The position numbers and the translations under genes were made by a program. Shown piece by piece: positions 60,997-64,000 of a stretch of DNA of 64,000 nt (positions within the stretch are counted from its first letter, which is position 1; every line of letters starts with the position of its first letter). A model generated the notes under the pieces. The model was given only the letters and a program-made list of their open reading frames with translations, ran no database searches and was not told where the DNA came from. The stretch comes from Scenedesmus sp. PABB004 (Eukaryota), in assembly GCA_014905635.1 (NCBI GenBank), contig JABVCE010000019.1, positions 186,001 through 250,000 of the forward strand. The letters are read 5' to 3'.

Positions 60997-62758
60997 ATGC
61001 TGGGCGCGCGCCTGGGCCAGCTGCCAGCACGCCTGAGGTCGGGCGCGGCGGGTGCGCGCCCGGCGGGTGCGAGCGGCAGGGGCGCGGCGGGCGGCGCATG
61101 CATGCGGCGGCGGCGCCGGCTCGCCACGGAGCAAGCGCAAGAGCTCATGTCGCCCGCTGCTGCACCTCCCGCAGGCCTGCCGCGGCCCGCGGCGGCGGGG
61201 CGCCGACCGGCCGCCCCGCGCCGCGTGTTGCGGCAGCCCGCGCCACCGCCGCCGCCGCCCAGCCGCCGTCGTGCGCACGCAGCGCCGACGGCGCGCGCGC
61301 CGACGGCGCGTGCGGCGGCGTGCATGCGGCCAAGCGCGCGCGCCTGGAGCCGCCGCTGGCGCGCCTATACGCGCCGGGCGCGCCGCTCGGCCCGCCGCCG
61401 CCGCCGGGCGGCGGCGCAGAGGCGGGCCTGGCCGAGTTGGAGCACTTCCTGGGCCACCGCTTCGCCCGCCCGGAGCTGCTCGCGCAGGCGTGCACGTTTG
61501 TGCACAGCGCGGACAAGGCCACGGCCTCGTACCGCCAGCTCGCCTTCCTCGGCGACGCCGCGCTGTGGCTGGTCTTTGCGGAACACGCGGTGACGCGCGG
61601 CGCGCACGAGCACCCCGGCGCGTGGCCGGCGCGCCTGTCGGCGCTGCTGAGCCGCGCGAGCTGCGCCGCGACGGCGCGGGCGTGGGGCCTGCAGCGCCAC
61701 GCCCGCGCCGGGCGCGGCGGCGGCGGCAGCAGTGGTAGCAGCAGCGTCAGCTGCTGCAGCACCACCAGCAGCGGCAGCGGCAGCAGCAGCAGCGGCAGCG
61801 GCAGCAGCAGCAGCGGCAGCAGCAGCACCAGCAGCAGCAGCACCAGCAGCAGCGGCAGCAGCACCAGCGGCAGCGGCATGTACCGCGGCGCGTGGCGGAG
61901 CGACGTGCTGGCGGAGATGCTGGAGGCCGTGGCCGGCGCGCTGCTGCTGGACGCCGGGTTTGCCACGCTGCAGCGCGTGCTCGCGCCCTGGGTGGCCGCG
62001 TCGTTCGGCGCGCCGGCAGCAGAGGCTGTGGCAGACGCGGCGCCCCGCAGAGCAGCCGCCGATGCCAGCGCCGCGCTGGACCCAGACGGGCCCGCGCAGG
62101 CCGCGCTGGCGGAGGTGCTGCGCAGCGCGCTGGCGGCGCGGTGCGGGTACGAGTTTCGGGACGCTGCGCTACTGCGCCGCGTGGCCGGCCACGTGCTGCG
62201 CGTGCTCACGCACGGCGGCGCGGCCCGGACGACGCCGAGGAGGCGCGGCTCCACTTTCTCGGCTTCAGCGTGCTCCAGTTTGCCGCGGCCGCACGCGCGC
62301 ACGGCGGCGCGCCGCTGGACGGCTGGGGGCCGCTGGACGGCGCCGGCGCCGGCGCGAGCTGGCCGGCCGTCGCCGCGGCCGCGGCGGGCGGCGGCGGGAT
62401 GGCGCCGGACGGCGCCGGCGCCGGCGCCTGGGGCGCCTGGGACGACACGGCGGCGGCGGCGGCGGTGGAGGGCATGTGCCGGCGCAAGGTGTCGCTGTCG
62501 ACGGTGCGGCACCGAGCCAAGATGTGGCTGGGCCTGGGGCTGGACCCCGCGCCCTGGGTCGGCCCGGGCGCGCACGTCCTGCGCGTGCGCTGGAAGCACC
62601 AGAAGGGCTCCCTCGCGCGCTGCCTGGACCTGCTGGTCGCGGCGGTGTGGCTCGACGGCGGCGGCGGCGACGCGCGGCGCGTCGCGGCGCGCCTGCTCGC
62701 GGCCACGCCGCCGACGGGTGTGTGCAAGGCCTGGATACCGGGATGGGCGCTCAAGTGA
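60997..62758 (+). CDS. Protein with two degenerate RNase III domains (apparent 1-nt frameshift near 62220; start uncertain)
   Basis: Domain 1: LEHFLGHRFARPELLAQA...SYRQLAFLGDAAL...VLAEMLEAVAGALLLDAG. Domain 2: CGYEFRDAALL...LTH...ARLHFLGFSVL...LARCLDLLVAAVWLDGG. Confidence 0.75.
61727..61875 (+). repeat. (AGC)-rich coding microsatellite giving a poly-Ser insertion in RNase III domain 1
   Basis: agcagcagc/ggcagc runs encode SSGSSS...SSSTSSSSTSSSGSSTSGSG. Confidence 0.85.
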
Positions 62759-62770
62759 AGCAGTGAGTGA

Positions 62771-64000
<1,230 letters not shown>

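Overview
Extremely GC-rich, intron-dense, compact eukaryotic nuclear DNA, most consistent with a chlorophyte green alga (Sphaeropleales-like; inferred from gene content, GC level and splice signals). About 21 protein-coding genes can be traced exon by exon: a guanylate-binding protein (partial), CEP120, TruB-type pseudouridine synthase, a full-size ABCG/PDR transporter, a 65-aa single-TM protein, a GH32 enzyme, a twin-CX9C protein, an FHA protein, MED6, SKI8/WDR61, a probable p1 subunit of the MTA1c/AMT1 DNA 6mA methyltransferase complex with a C-terminal UBA domain, a head-to-head pair of NTF2/SnoaL-like genes, an arsenite methyltransferase with an amplified Cys-Cys tail, a secreted LysM glycoprotein, two tandem DUF1769 genes, a TITAN9/Csm1-like protein, a Ycf45-C-terminal-like protein, a tandem degenerate RNase III protein and IDI (partial). 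No rRNA, tRNA, CRISPR array or clear transposon was seen. Most long ORFs in the supplied track are GC-driven shadow frames. Family calls come from recognising motifs from memory, not from database searches, and exon boundaries were read by eye. The most notable signals are the p1-UBA fusion, an unusual intron architecture (frequent GC-AG introns, G/T-rich 5' and C/A-rich 3' halves, oriented telomere-like repeats) and the ArsM Cys-Cys repeat tail.
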